Made by a program: the position numbers and the translations under genes. This document shows positions 49,438-49,568 of a stretch of DNA of 49,568 nt, one piece after another; the stretch's first letter is position 1, and each line of letters opens with the position of its first letter. Source of the DNA: Nitrososphaerota archaeon (GTDB lineage Archaea > Thermoproteota > Nitrososphaeria > Nitrososphaerales > UBA57); contig JACAFT010000004.1 of NCBI GenBank assembly GCA_013378375.1, forward strand, positions 1 to 49,568, in the 5' to 3' direction. The notes under the pieces were generated by a model, which ran no database searches, was not told the origin of the DNA, and worked only from the letters and a program-made list of their open reading frames with translations.

Positions 49438-49568
49438 ATGAGAATAGAAGTGAGTAAGTTGATAAAAAAAGCAGTTATACCTGTGGCAGGTAGAGGAACT
49501 AGACTATTACCGACTACAAAAGAACAGCCAAAGGAAATGCTTCCAATATTCGCTAAAAGTAAGAAAGG
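49438..49568 (+). CDS. galU: UTP-glucose-1-phosphate uridylyltransferase-like protein, 3' truncated by the window
   Basis: Hand translation [37 protein letters not shown]; divergent from ugd. Confidence 0.8.
   Translation, partial: MRIEVSKLIKKAVIPVAGRGTRLLPTTKEQPKEMLPIFAKSKK

Noticed and set aside
1-49568. tRNA, rRNA, SRP RNA, integrase or IS elements
   Set aside because: Intergenic gaps are short and AT-rich with no GC-rich structured segment, and no recombinase or transposase motifs were seen. tRNAscan/Infernal were not run.

Overview
AT-rich, gene-dense archaeal chromosome segment with archaeal SRP19, RPS8e, Trm1, pantoate kinase/phosphopantothenate synthetase, an LSm protein, an RPC34/TFE-beta homolog and frequent TTG starts. 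Gene content and order suggest Nitrososphaerota (Thaumarchaeota), possibly a basal marine lineage; this is inference. About 1-27 kb is housekeeping: rlmE, trm1, srp19, rps8e, smc-scpA-scpB, mfnA-panB-pps-pok, pyrG, ssb, pdxS/T, a bacterial-type metK, LSm, a RadA paralog, an EMC6-like protein, rqc2, pyrC and menA. 27.5-33.9 kb is the most interesting part: a divergently transcribed 8-gene sulfur (or selenium) trafficking locus. It encodes an archaeal SelD-like ATP-dependent enzyme, three TusA/YeeD carriers, a two-domain rhodanese, a YeeE/YedE transporter and two exported beta-propellers. One propeller is Tat-exported with a vicinal Cys-Cys. The other has recurring His motifs and a SoxY-like C-terminal Cys-Gly-Gly. 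34-49.5 kb is a mosaic surface-glycan island with two NDP-sugar C-methyltransferases, an AsnB-type amidotransferase and a QueF-fold protein lacking its catalytic Cys. I saw no tRNA, rRNA, CRISPR array, integrase or transposase. All calls come from motif recognition by eye; no searches were run.
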